From Eledone cirrhosa (taxonomy: Eukaryota): a stretch of 64,000 bases of DNA. The position numbers and the translations under genes are program-made. The DNA is taken from assembly GCA_964016885.1 (NCBI GenBank), contig OZ024746.1, forward strand, positions 99,882,001 through 99,946,000, read 5' to 3'. The notes below the pieces were generated by a model. The model saw nothing but the letters and a program-made list of their open reading frames with translations, made no database searches and was not told the origin of the DNA. This document shows positions 12,525 to 24,782 of the stretch, in pieces (the stretch's first letter is position 1; the number at the start of each line of letters is the position of its first letter).

Positions 12525-13108
12525 AATTGAGAGAGAGAGACTGAGCATAAGAGGAATCAAATGCTGTATACAGGAGAGAAGAATGCATTGGTATGGACAT
12601 GTGATGCGTATGAATGAAGATAGCTGCATAAAAAGGCGCAGAGCACTAAAAGTTGATGGAAGCCTTAGAGAGGGGAGACCCAAGAAGACCTGAGATGAAT
12701 GATAAAAGCTGATCTTGCCCAATTGCACCTCTCAAAGGCGAGGGCACAGGACTATGACCTCTGGCATTACGCAGTAATACAGAAGACCTGACTTCCCATG
12801 GGTACAAGCCGAAGTATATAGCCAATATGACCCCATCCCCTTCCACTGCAAAGTGGTCGTGGAGGTGTCACGACAAAAAAATCATCCAGCCCACACTGTA
12901 AAGTAGTCGTGTAGGCACCATGGAAAAAAAAGCACTCAGTCCTCACTGTAAATTAGGTTGGTGTTAGGAAGGGCATCCAGCTGTAGAAATCAAGCCAAAA
13001 TCAGTTCCCGTATCAGCCGACTGGACATTGCCCACAACAGGACAACCCGTCTAACCCATGCTAGCGTGGAAGAATGGACGTTAAATGGTGACGATGATGA
13101 TGATGATT
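12525..13108 (+). mobile_element. RTE LINE 3' end
   Basis: IRGIKCCIQERRMHWYGHVMRM..GRPKKT, then a 3' UTR and (GAT)n tail. Confidence 0.85.
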
Positions 13109-13169
13109 AAAAGGATATATAATATACATTTAGTGTATTTAAAGCTAAAATATGTCATTTTTCTTCTTG

Positions 13170-13670
13170 TTTTTCTTCACCCACTTATTCCTGAGAGGGT
13201 AGTTGGCATAGAGCCCTCAAACACTCCTTCCAGTGGGTCCTGTCAGAAGCAACCGTCTCCAACTGGATCCCTAAACAAAGCCCATGGATGTTATCCAACT
13301 ATCTTGCTCGCGATCTACACCTGGGTCTCTTGCCAGTTGGTTTTGACCATAAAATCTGTCCAGCGATTCTTTCCTGAGACATTCTAACCCCATGTCCATA
13401 GTATTGGAGCTGTGATCTCTCAATTCAGAGATTCTAACCCCATGCCCATAGTATTGGAGCTGTGATCTCTCAATTCAGAGAAGTAGCGGCTATACCTGGA
13501 ATGACTCTCTGATCCCAGAGCTACACACTTTATCGAGTAATGTTACTCCAAAGACCTTTTGCAGAAACCCCATTTTGGCCACTTGTATTCACGATATACT
13601 TTCAGTCATTACCCAAGATTTATGACCTTAGGTAAGGGTTGGCACGGATACCAAATTGAAGATATATAAG
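13170..13670 (-). mobile_element. Decayed RTE-like LINE fragment with a 51-bp internal duplication
   Basis: VPTLT..H.SWVMT...IQVAKMGFL..VFGVTLLD-like translation; 13380-13480 is duplicated. Confidence 0.55.
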
Positions 13671-13734
13671 TCATCATTTTAAAAAATCAAATCAGTTAAT
13701 ATTAGTATTTAACTAAGCATACATGCATGAAGAC

Positions 13735-14027
13735 AAGGCCAGATTTAATGAAGGGCAAAAGGGGCAATTGCCCCGGGCATCATGTAGTGCAGGGTCCCAC
13801 CAGTGATGGTCATAGCAATATATTTGTGCCCTCAGCTGGACTTTTTAGTTTTAGGATGGTTAGAAGTTTTTAATTTAATACCTGAATGTATAACTTTTCA
13901 ATTCCAATTACTTGCGCCAAGCTAACTTTGATATGTAAAATTGGTGGGGTATTCTAATATTTGTGTATGAGGGGCCCCCAAAAAGCCTAAAGTACCCCGG
14001 AGCCCCCAAAGGTCTAAATCCAACCCT
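13735..14027. mobile_element. MITE with GC-rich TIRs (Harbinger/hAT-like); partial copy near 21093-21200
   Basis: Ends caaggccagattta and taaatccaaccctg. Confidence 0.55.
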
Positions 14028-14368
14028 GCCTGAAGGAGTCATGGGGGGTATCGCAATGACATACATCATTTCTAGGGTATTTTTAAGCCTGATGGACCCC
14101 ATCTCCTCTCCAGGTCTGAATGTAGCAAAATTTTTCCAGAGAAGGAGAGAGAGAGAGAGAGAATGGAAGTGAGAAAGAGATATAGAGGAAGAATCCACCT
14201 CCAGTACGAGACTGGTATTTTTTTTATTGACCTCAAATGGATGAAAGGCAATGGTGACCTCAGTGGGATTTGAACTCAGAGAGCAGAGAGCCGGAATTAA
14301 TATTGCAAAACTTTCTATTTGACTTGGCTCACTCTTCAATCTATAATTTTCTGAAAAGGCCAATCATT

Positions 14369-14498
14369 TTCAAACTAAACCATATGCAAGTAAATCTAGG
14401 TTCAAACTAAACCATATGCAAGTAAATCTAGGTTCAAACTAAACCATATGCAAGTAAATCTAGGTTCAAACTAAACCATATGCAAGTAAATCTAGGTC
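14369..14498. repeat. 32-bp tandem repeat, 4 copies
   Basis: Unit ttcaaactaaaccatatgcaagtaaatctagg. Confidence 0.95.
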
Positions 14499-14707
14499 CA
14501 GCACATAAGCAATAACGTTCTAATCATGAGCATTCTGTTGTTTTTAGAAGTATACCTTGTACTTCATTATCCAATGAGTCCTTTCCATTTGGGAATGGGG
14601 TTATAGGCAGATTTGGCTGCTATTTCTAGCAGCTTCTGCACTCACATAGAGGAACCTCTATGTATATAACATATTAAAAACAAGACAATAATTCATGTTT
14701 TTCAAGT

Positions 14708-14933
14708 TTAACTCTTTAGCATTTATATTACTCTATATATGTATTATTGTATTTTCATGGAAAAGGATTTACTTCACATAACTATCTCACATAATATTGA
14801 AGTTATGAGATTTTGATGTTATTTATTTTGAGAACAATACCTTAACATCAGTATGAGCTTTATGGCTGGTTTGAACAGAAAGACGTGAGAGAAATCTGAC
14901 TGGATACTGCTGGTTTAAATGCTAAAGAGTTAA
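14708..14933 (+). mobile_element. Uninterrupted TTAA-flanked piggyBac-like MITE (about 218 bp)
   Basis: TTAA-ctctttagcattta ... taaatgctaaagag-TTAA; 14-bp perfect TIR. Confidence 0.85.
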
Positions 14934-15479
14934 ATGTATTTTTGCTAACATTCTTTGAAAACTACAAAATCTACTTAATGCATCTAGATTTCAGTTGATC
15001 CCTACTTGTTATCAAGATTTTGTAGACACAATTCCTGCTTAATTCCTACTATTGTTACATTGATTCTTGGCCATACCTAGTTCCATTAGATGTTATATTT
15101 TATATGATATTTGAAGTATGAGACTGCTGGTCATATAGGCCTCAGCTGGCTTCTTTAACAAGTTGCTTGTCTGTTGAAAAGAATGCATCTAGTTTTTTTT
15201 TCAACACACACAAAAGCACTGATGAAAACAACTTTATTTAGTTATAAATATAACGTAGAAAAGGAAACACATTATTAAAGAGAACAGTAAAGGAAGGAAT
15301 AAAAAAAGAAACTGAAAAAGAGAAAAAGAAAAGGAAAGAAGGATGAAACAACGAAAGAAATGGAGAGGGGGTAGAGTCAGTATACCCCAGACTCAATAGT
15401 GCCTCACCGTACCCCGCAGACAAAACAGTAAAAGTGTTACTGCAGAGAATGGCCAAAGACACCTGCTGCAACAACTATC

Positions 15480-16590
15480 CCACCTCATTGGGATGACATT
15501 AGGGAAAAGAAAGTGTGCAGATTGAAGCCATATGCCTGGTTTTGGCAAGCTCTTTGCATGTGTCAGTCATTATCAAGCAGCAAGCATGTGAGGTGATGTA
15601 CTACTTACACATCACATGTCACTCAATACTGCCAACAACTATCCTGAGTTCCTGAATACTGTGATAACTGCAGACAAGATAAGGATATATGGGTACACCC
15701 TAAACCCAAAGATGAGTCATCACAGTAGAAACATCCAAAGGTGCCAAGGAACCAAAAAACATGTTAAGTGCAGAGCAAAATCAAGATGATGCTGACTGTT
15801 TTCTTTGACAACCAAGACATTCTGCATCATGAATACACAGCCGATGGTCTATCAGTTACAAAGAAATAAAGTAGTCAGCAAATCCTCTAACATCTCCATA
15901 ATGTAGTTTGGTGCAACAGACCAGTTCTGTAAGTCTCACAAACCTGGCAGCTACGTTATGACAATACCCTCAAATATTCACAGCTGAAAGTATCCTGGCA
16001 AAAAAATTTATTTTACTAATTAGCCTCACACCCTACACACCAGACATGGCTTCTTCTGACTTTTGGTTGTTCCCAAACATGAAGATGCCACAGCAAGGCC
16101 CCTGCTTTGAGAGCTGAGAGGACATCATGCAGATTGCAATGGTAGAACTGAGAGCCATTCGGGAAGACGCATTCCAGACATGTGTAGCGGTTGTCTCCCT
16201 TGTTGTGACTCACAACCCCAATAGATTAACAACATCTAGACGGGAAGTAGAACCCTTTCTGTAACTTCCGGCAGAGCCCTATAAAACGAATAGCCTTCGG
16301 CTCTCTCCCTCTCATTTGCCCTTCCGGCGCCTGGCCTTAGCCAGGCGTCTCGCGTTTGCCTGGCAATCAAAACGGTAACTACTAACTTTGCTTCATTCTT
16401 TCATCTATTTCATTGACATGTCAACTATACTGTTAGATTGTTAATTAAATATTATACACACAAACCATGTCTCTTTGTTACATTCATACAACCCAGTATC
16501 TTCTCTATACATGCTTCAAAACAGGGGAAGTATCACTTGGTTGTGTATGGAGCCACGGGAGTCAACTTCAAAGGGGATTAACAATTGAAC
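15480..16590 (+). pseudogene. Decayed mariner transposase, interrupted by a solo LTR
   Basis: SKIKMMLTVFFDNQDILHHEY and PDMASSDFWLFPNMK (cf. YSPDLAPxDF.LF); many disruptions. Confidence 0.8.
16183..16509 (+). mobile_element. Solo LTR, 327 bp, 4-bp TSD CATG
   Basis: Termini TGTAG...CTATA, internal TATAAAA and ATTAAA. Removing it restores the mariner sequence cagacatgcttc. Confidence 0.7.
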
Positions 16591-16663
16591 CACTCCAAAG
16601 AACATAATTTTTCTCTCCCCAGTTAAAGGGATTTAATAGACTTTGTATAAGTAATATAGATAC

Positions 16664-16841
16664 CTCAACTGCATAAAATTGAACAATCAGAGTAAGGGTC
16701 AGCTTCTGTATTACTGATGAAGTAAGAATTATAAGAAAAAATAGCAGATATAGAAATATTTTGACAACAATAATGAATTTTGAATGTTGAATTTCATCTC
16801 GTTCTGGATCTTCTTCGAACATTTCAAAAATATCCCATGGA
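16664..16841 (-). CDS. CHS: Exon F (178 nt), chitin synthase N-terminal TM region: PWDIFEMFEEDPERDEIQHSKFIIVVKIFLYLLFFLIILTSSVIQKLTLTLIVQFYAVE
   Basis: Acceptor ttttctctcctccag, donor GAG/gtatct, phase 2-0. WDxF...K..(hydrophobic)..V..K.TL resembles the start of metazoan chitin synthase domain A (insect WDVF...VVSKGTLLFM). Confidence 0.87.
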
Positions 16842-17349
16842 CTGGAGGAGAGAAAACAAACAAGAAAGGTATTAGAGAAGAAATAATAAATCTGAAAGAA
16901 GGCAGATATTTCAGAGGAATGGTATAGTCGGTTATATTCAGCCTCACTATTACAGTGTTATTTATTTCATTGAAGGCTGAATGACTACATTAACAAAAGT
17001 GGATTTCAACTAAGAATAAAAATACCAAAAAACAACTTGGCAGACAGACTAATAATAATACGCCCTGAATATCTGAGGCTGCAGGTAGCGACTTGATGTT
17101 CATTTCAACAAATTTTCCAGTTAAATAACATTAATGACTGAGACTCCAAGAAAATAATAATAATAATAATTGTTTCTACTTTTTGGTACAAGGCCAGAAA
17201 TTACCCCAGTACATTACTGGTGCTTTATTTTATTGACCGAATAAGGATGAAAGGCAAAGCTAACCTCGGCAGGATTTAAAATCAGAACATAAAGGGACGT
17301 AACTATGCTGGAAAACATGGTGTCCGACTCTCCACCGATACTGCCAATT

Positions 17350-17990
17350 ATTATAATAATAATAATACTTTCATTTATTGGCCACAAGGGCCGACATATA
17401 GGGGACAATACAAAAGACTGGGACAGTGGGGCTTTACATATACAACGTGTAAACAATATAGATAACAATAACAAAATAACAAGAAAAATACAAACAAGAA
17501 AAATTCCCCAATAGGGGGGATGACCACCCAGGGTTCACTCAGGTACCCCACCAATCCTGAACGACCCAATGCTTTGAGAGCACCCGGGAAGGGCACACCT
17601 CCCCTCCTTAAATTCACCCACCAACAGGCGCATGGTCAGAGTAGGCCCACTCACACGGGCCATTCTCTCCACATTCACCCAACTTTCCGCAAATGTACCA
17701 GGGGAAAGCTCTTAACTCTCGACCCTCACCTTCCTTTCCAGGTGAAACTTGAAAAAGTTGATGAGGGATTGGCCGAAGAGAAAAGTGTCAGTCTTCAGTC
17801 CTTTCAACCTGGTCCACCACACAACCTCTTTTGCTACTGCCACCAGACAGAGGAAAACTGCCTACCATCCCTGACCAAAAGAAGGCAGCGGATCAATCTT
17901 CACTATGGACTCGGCTGATAACCGAATCCATCCTACATGTGACAACAGCTGTTTGACATAAATCCACAAGTCAGTAATGCTTCGGCATTT
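17350..17990 (-). mobile_element. Tx1/L1-like LINE 3' fragment
   Basis: Reverse-complement homologue of 34530-35172, with AATAAA and an (ATT)n tail. Confidence 0.8.
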
Positions 17991-18059
17991 TGCATTCATC
18001 TTTCCAGACTGAATGTCTAGATTGATCTTATGAGTAAAAATCAGTTTTAGTGGTGATAT

Positions 18060-19621
18060 TTAACCCTTTATCATTTACATTACTTTCATCATCATCATCA
18101 TCAGGTTTAGCGTCCGTGTTCCACGCTTGCATGGGTTTGGACGGGGGTTTTCCCACTTGAGGCAAGAGTGGTTGTCTTGCTCGCATAGGACTGTCTGGCG
18201 GGTTTTCTACAGTTGGATGCCCTTCCTAACACCAACCACATTTACAGTGTGGGGCTGGGAGGTTTTTACCGTGTTGCCTACACGGCCACATTACAGCGTG
18301 GACTGTCTGGCGGGTTTTCTACAGCTGGATGCCCTTCCTAACACCAACCACATTTACAGTGTGGGGCTGGGAGGTTTTTACCGTGTTGCCTACACGGCCA
18401 CATTTACAGCGTGGACTGTGTGTTTTTTGTCGTGACACCTACACGATCTCATTTGTTTCGGCCTGGATGTTGTGGGACCAACATAACTTTACATTGAAAG
18501 GGCGGTGTGGGTGGGGTGGAGGTGGTGGGACGGGGGTGTGTTTTGATAGAGGTGCCTACTGACTGTAGTAGGTATTTACTTTGTATTTAGGTAAGGCGGG
18601 TCTTCTCTATTACTGAGTACCGCCAAAGGTCTCGGTCCAGTGACATTGTCTTGGAGAGGTGTAAGCGTGTGAGGTCGGAATTTATCAGCTCGTCCCATGT
18701 TTTTCTGGGTCTGCCTACTCCGTGGCTACCGTCTATCTTTATTGCCCTGCACTTTGTTATACAGCTGTCGTCTTTCATGCGCATCACGTGACCGTACCAA
18801 CGTAGCCTTCTCTCGAGTAAACAACATCTGATCCCTCTTATTTCTAATTTTTTTCTTAGTTCGTTTATGCTTTGCCGTTCACGTATATTACTATTGCACA
18901 TCCAGCGGAGCATGCAAGCTTCGTTCCTCTCTAGTCTGCGTATATCCTCTGCACACAATGCCCAGGTCTCACTGCCATGCAGCATTGCTGTTCGTATGCA
19001 GGCATCGTATAACCTGCCTTTCATTTTTAGGGAGAACCCTCTAGCGGCTAATAGTGGTATAAGCTCTCTGAACTTTTTCCATCCAGTTCTGACTCTAGCT
19101 ACTGTACTTTCAGAGCACCCTCCCCCACTGCTGATTTTGTCACCCAGATAACGGAAGCTGTCCACTATTTCTATAGAACCCTCTGCGCAGTTGAAGGAGC
19201 TAGTATTTTGTGGGCACTTGCTGCTACTTATTGCACCAGAGCACCGGCCACATGTAAAATCTATGTTCTTAGTTAGCTTACCTGTGATCCCACTACATCT
19301 TTTATGCACCCATACTTTGCATTTGGGACATAAAATGGAGTTTCTACCTACGCCTTTCCTACACACTGAGCATGGCCATTTCCCCGATGGGACCGCCGCC
19401 TTATTTTCTTTCCTACAAACTAGAACTTTAGTCTTAATATTACTTTAGTCTTAATATTACTTTATATTTACTATTGTATTTTCACAATATTATTTCACAT
19501 AATATTGAATCTGATATTATTTATTTTAAGAACCATACCTTAACATCAGTATGCTCGTTTGAACAGAAAGAGGTGACAGAATGCTGGCTAGAAATGGCCA
19601 GTTTAAACGCTAAAGTGTTAA
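18060..19621 (+). mobile_element. TTAA MITE split by an RTE insertion
   Basis: Left end ttaaccctttatcatttacattac. The MITE body resumes at about 19450 and ends aaacgctaaagtg-ttaa. Confidence 0.75.
18086..19440 (-). mobile_element. 5'-truncated RTE LINE (ORF 18587-19366)
   Basis: Cys-rich PHD-like CxxC..WVHKRC, FRYLG, LHGSETW, RLRWYGHVMR, GRPRKTW; (GAT)n tail. Confidence 0.93.
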
Positions 19622-20223
19622 ACTTACAGTGTGTGTCATATATTCTCAATAATTAAGTTACAGTTAATATATTTAATGTAGTGAGTATCAAAAATTTAAT
19701 TAGAAAACATTATGCAATGAGGAAATGACAATATTATCTGCATAATGTATAATTTTAATACTATTGTCTAACATGTATGAAAACTTGGACATGATTCAAG
19801 GATTGGCAGTATCAGTAGAGGGTCAGACACCATGCTTTCATCCTTATGGGGTCGATAAAATAAAGTACCAGTAATGCACTGGAATAATTGCTGGCCTTGT
19901 GCCAAAAATATAAACAATTATTTGAAATGGTTGATTGGCAGTGTTGGTAGAGTGTCAGATACCATGCTTTGCAGCATAGAGTTATGGCCCTTTACGTTCT
20001 GAGTTCAAATCCCACCGAGGGTAACTTTGCCTTTCATCCTTATGGGGTCGATAAAATAAAGTACCAGTAATACACTAGGATAATTGGTGTCGATTTAATC
20101 GACTTTTCCCTCTCCTTAAAATTGTGGACCTTGTGCCTAAAGAAGAAACAATTATTAGAAATTCTCAGAGATATAGAGTACATAGTATTTTCAAGAATCT
20201 GATTTGTTCAATTGTTTGCTTAC

Positions 20224-20330
20224 TATTTTGTCGTTTCTTCTATTTGATTATAAATGTCCTCAACTCCACCTTTCTTTAAGCCTAACGGGCTGTTGATATT
20301 TTCCACTGACACAGTGTTCTTCATCCTTTC
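20224..20330 (-). CDS. CHS: Exon E (107 nt), linker: ERMKNTVSVENINSPLGLKKGGVEDIYNQIEETTK(Y)
   Basis: Long poly-T acceptor ending tag, donor gtaagc. Its phase 0-2 is exactly what is needed to bridge exons D and F. Confidence 0.85.
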
Positions 20331-20804
20331 CTAAAAAAAAAAATGAAATTCAAAGAAAAAAACAAACAAAAAACAGAACAAATCACTGTATTTTCTGGCA
20401 TCGAAGATGTTACTTTTTTCCTAAATAAGTCTAAAAAATCTACCATGCATCCTGGAGGCCGAAGGTTGTTTATTATTTCTCTTTCAAAGAAAGGGCAGTG
20501 GATTGGCAGTATTGGTAGAGGGCCGTAACTCCATGCTTTGATGCATAGAGTTACGACCTTTGTCATTCTGAGTTCAAATCCCACCGAGGTTAACTTTGCC
20601 TTTCATCCTTATGGGGGTCGATAAAATAAAGTACCAGTAATACACTGGGATAATTGCTGGCCTTGGGCCAAAAGTAGAAACAATTATTGTTTTTCAAATT
20701 TTTAGTTGTCAAAATTAGGGTGTGTCCTCGAGGACAGAGCATCTTCGGTGCAGGGAAAGCAAAAATTAAAATGAAGCAATTTCGTCAGAAATGAAATAGA
20801 ATGG

Positions 20805-20992
20805 GACACACACATATGTGTGTGAGTGTGTGAGTGTGTGTATATGTGTCTGTGTGCGTATGTCTGTGTGTTTGTGCATCTGTGTGTGTATGCCTGTGTG
20901 TGTCTGTGTATGTGTGTGTCTATGTGTGTGTATGTGTCTGTGTTTGTGTGTGTGTGTCTGTGTGTATATGTGTGTGTCTGTGTGTATATGTG

Positions 20993-21027
<35 letters not shown>
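20805..21027. repeat. Degenerate (TG)n microsatellite
   Basis: Direct inspection. Confidence 0.95.
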
Positions 21028-21259
21028 TTGCAAGGTTATTGACTTTCAATTAAGACAGCCTTTCAGATTCCCTTCCTTTTTTTTTTCATATTCAAGGCTG
21101 GAGGCAAAGGGGGCAATTGTCCTGGGCCCCTTGCAGTGATGGCTGTAGCAATATATTTGGGGTTTTAGTTTTAGGATGGCTAGAATTTATTACTCTCTCT
21201 TATCAAAAACATTTTGAAATGAATTGGCTCCAATTCAGAATTTTGCAATCTCAGTGGTT

Positions 21260-22110
21260 AATCACTGATGGCGGCTCATGGGTGGATGTTATTTATCTTG
21301 ATTTTTCTAAAGCTTTTAATTCTGTGCCACACAAAAGACTTATGGCAAAACTCTCTGCAATGAGTGTGATGATCTTTATAACTGGTTGAAGTTCTTCATT
21401 CTTAGCCATAAAGAGGTAGTCACGGTTCGAAGACAGCATTCTTCACCCTATGAGATGACATCTGGTAAACCATAGGGATCTGTTCTTGGTCCCCTTTTGT
21501 TTATTTCATATATTAATGACATAGATGCCAACTTAAAGAATGCCACAGTACTGAAACATGCAGATGACATCAAGCTGTACCTTGAGATGAAAAGGATAGA
21601 TCCTGAACACTATAGATCTTTCCTGCAATCAGACCTGGATACAATGCAGCAATGGATCACAGACTGGCAACTCAAGCTCACTATGGACAAGTGTACCACC
21701 ATGCATTTTGGGCGGAAAAACCCAGCGTTCACATACTCCCACCACAACACTAATCTCAAGAAGTCTTCTTGTGAACATGACCTGGGTATTATTGTCAACA
21801 GCGATTTGCATTGGATAAAGCATGTCTCTAAAATTGTCAAGAAGGCCGAGGGTGTCTTAGCATCACTCAGTAAGACCTTTGTCAGCCACTCTCCAACTAT
21901 CTATTTAAAGCTGTATATAGCTATGGTGCGGCTATACTTAGAATTTGCATCACCAGTCTGGAACCCCATCTTGCTAAGAACATTGACATCCTGGAAACTG
22001 TTCAGAGACGTGCAACAAAGCGAATACTCTCCATCAGGCATCTACCATACTCTGAACGCCTTGCTTCCATAGGCATGGATACATTAAAGCTCTGATGTCT
22101 GGCAACTAAC
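21260..22110 (+). mobile_element. CR1-like LINE RT fragment, disrupted
   Basis: VDVIYLDFSKAFNSVPH, HADDIKLY, KCTTMHFG, LEFASPVWNP. Confidence 0.88.
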
Positions 22111-22114
22111 TTGG

Positions 22115-23016
22115 TGGGAACAAGGGTAGGAATTGAGTTTATTGAGGAATTCCAGATACAAGTAGGAGTACATCAAGGTTTGGTCCTCAGCTCGCTCTTG
22201 TTCATTATAGTCCTCCAATCCATAACAGAGGAGTTTAAGACTGGCTGTCCATGGGAATTTCTATATGCTGACGATCTGGTTCTTATAGCAGAATCAGTAG
22301 AGGAGCTAGAGAATAAATTCTGGCTATGGAAACAGCAGTTGGAAGCAAGAGGACTGAGAGTGAACCAAGCTAAGACAAAAGTGTTGATGAGTAGAAAAGA
22401 GAACAAAACTCTGATTCCGTCAAGGAAATGGCCATGTTCGATATGTAGAAAAGGAGCTGGCATAAATTCTATAAAATGCACACAATGCAGATCCTGTGTA
22501 CACAAGAGATGTAGCGGGATAGCAGGCAAACTAACAGGTAGGGAGAAATAAGTATGCAGTAGATGTACAGGGAAATTAGACACATTTTTCAAATGAGGGC
22601 GGGTGCTATAGAAGTGGTGGATAGCTTCCGGTACCTAGGAGATCAGATTAGCATAGGAGGGAGGTGTTCCGAGGCCATAGTATCTAGAATAAGGATGGGT
22701 TGGAAGAAGTTTAGGGAACTGCTTCCTCTGCTGACGAAGAAGGGTTTCTCCCTGCGTACAAAAGGCCGGTTATATGATGCCTGTGTGAGGAGCGTGATGC
22801 TGCATGGTAGTGAGACATGGGCAGCAACTGCAGAGGATATGCGACGGCTGGAGAGAAATGAGGCAAGCATGCTCCGTTGGATGTGCAATGTCAATGTGCG
22901 TGAACAACCCAGTATGGATGTGTTGAGAGTGAAACTGTGTCTGAGAGGGATAGAATGTAGTGTGCGAGAGAGGAGACTGCGGTGGTATGGGCATGTGATG
23001 TACATGGAGGATGACC
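22115..23016 (+). mobile_element. RTE LINE fragment
   Basis: GVHQG, YADDLVL, LHGSETW, RLRWYGHVM. Confidence 0.9.
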
Positions 23017-23332
23017 GATTGGCCTTGCAATCGAAAGGTTGTGAATTCAATTCTCAGACTGGCTGATGTGTTGTTTCCTTGAGCAAGACACTTTATTTCA
23101 CATTGCTCCAGTTACTCAGCTGTAGAAATGAGATGATAGGGACTGGGGTCCCTATCATACCACTGCAAAGTGGTCGTGGAGGTGCCACGGCAAAAAAGCA
23201 CCCAGCACTCACTGTAAATGAGGTTGGTGTTAGGAAGGGCATCCAGCTGTAGAAATCAAGCCAGCATCAGTTCCCGTCCCACCCTTGCAAGCAGGGAAAA
23301 GCGGACGTAAAATGAAATGATGATGATGATGA

Positions 23333-23335
<3 letters not shown>
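23017..23335 (+). mobile_element. tRNA-head CORE-like SINE with RTE tail
   Basis: B-box-like gaattcaattctc, ccttgagcaagacacttt, RTE-type tail and (GAT)n. Confidence 0.75.
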
Positions 23336-23368
<33 letters not shown>

Positions 23369-23818
23369 CTCTAGTGTCAGGTCCCTCCTGGGTGCTCTTG
23401 GTATCATGTAACCCAGTACAACCTGTTCCATGGCTGGGTCATCAGCAACTAAACCGGCAACCCCACCTGGCTTGGTTGGTGAGGAGGGGTATTATTGGAC
23501 ATCCTGCAGGACAAAAAACAAAACCTGTCAAAGGGCAAAGGAACTCGCATGAGTAAATGGCCATCCATTAGTACCTACATATCTGGGTTGCATTCAGATG
23601 AGGTCTTTCTGGTTTTCCTGGAATTTCTTGCTACTGGCTACCATGTAACCCAATACTACCTGCTGCATAGCGCCAGCTGGAGGTCATTAACCTTGGCAGG
23701 TAGTCCATCTAGGAGAAGGAAAACTCTGAATCCAAAGCTCCGCTGCAGTAGCATAAAATCACTCTATATCACAATTTTCACAATGCTTTCATACACTATT
23801 CCATAATCTGCAACTTAC

Positions 23819-24175
23819 TTGTAAACTGATCGATTCTTTTGTTCGTTTGTTTGGTGGCGGACTTCTTATTAGGTTTGAATCTGAAATTTTATTCTTATTT
23901 GTTTCTAACTGCTGGCTTGATATACTAGGTTCTGTATCTCGAATGCTGTTATAAGGTGTTTCTTCTGAGAAATCGAATTTAGTATATTCTTCACATGAAG
24001 CTTCCATTATGTCTGTTACTTCAGTTGTGTTATCTATGCTACTTGAGATCGAATGCTTCGGCAGTTCTGATATATCTGCATAGTCATCACTCTCAGTTGT
24101 TTTAGATTCAATCTCCATTGAATATGCTTTCTGTTTTTTTCTCAAGGCAAAATATGCAGAATCTTTCAAGAATAT
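23819..24175 (-). CDS. CHS: Exon D (357 nt): converter end IFLK followed by a Ser/Thr/Glu-rich linker
   Basis: Acceptor ttttttgtttttcag, donor CAA/gtaagt, phase 0-0. Open throughout; overlaps ORF 23789..24169. Confidence 0.88.
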
Positions 24176-24276
24176 CTGAAAAACAAAAAATACTTGAATT
24201 AGATATATGAAATGAAATAAATTCTTAAGGAATTATCCTATCATGATTGATGGAATATTTATTTCATATTTTACAC

Positions 24277-24670
24277 CAGTCATGGGAAACCTGCGGCCAG
24301 TTTCACTTTCTGAATGACATGCCTAATTTCAAAATTGCCTGAAATTTTTTAGTAGTGCCGCCCACCTTATGATGATCCACATCCTATGTGGTCCACCTTA
24401 TGATGAGTCACATCCTATGTGGTCCACCTTATGATGATCCACATCCTATGTGGTCCACCTTATGATGAGTCACATCCTATGTGGTCCACCTTATGATGAT
24501 CCACATCCTATGTGGTCCACCTTATGATGAGTCACATCCTATGTGGTCCACCTTATGATGAGTCACATCCTATGTGGTCCACCTTATGATGAGTCACATC
24601 CTATGTGGTCCACCTTATGATGAGTCACATCCTATGTGACCCATTACTCTAAAATGTTTGCCCACGTCTG
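24277..24670. mobile_element. hAT-like MITE containing a 31-bp tandem array (24362-24640, about 9 units)
   Basis: TIRs cagtcatgggaaac / gtttgcccacgtctg; TSD ttttacac/ttttacat. Confidence 0.75.
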
Positions 24671-24782
24671 TTTTACATAATGACAAGGAAGGTGGGGGGA
24701 GGTAATTTCAGACTAATATGAGAAATATCACCCTCTTGACAGTTTTCTTATGGTTTACATAATTCATTGACACACACACACT

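Noticed and set aside
20702-21139. Cys/Val- or His/Thr-rich ORFs (also 27243-27592, 32139-32403, 43165-43386)
   Set aside because: These are translations of microsatellite or low-complexity DNA.
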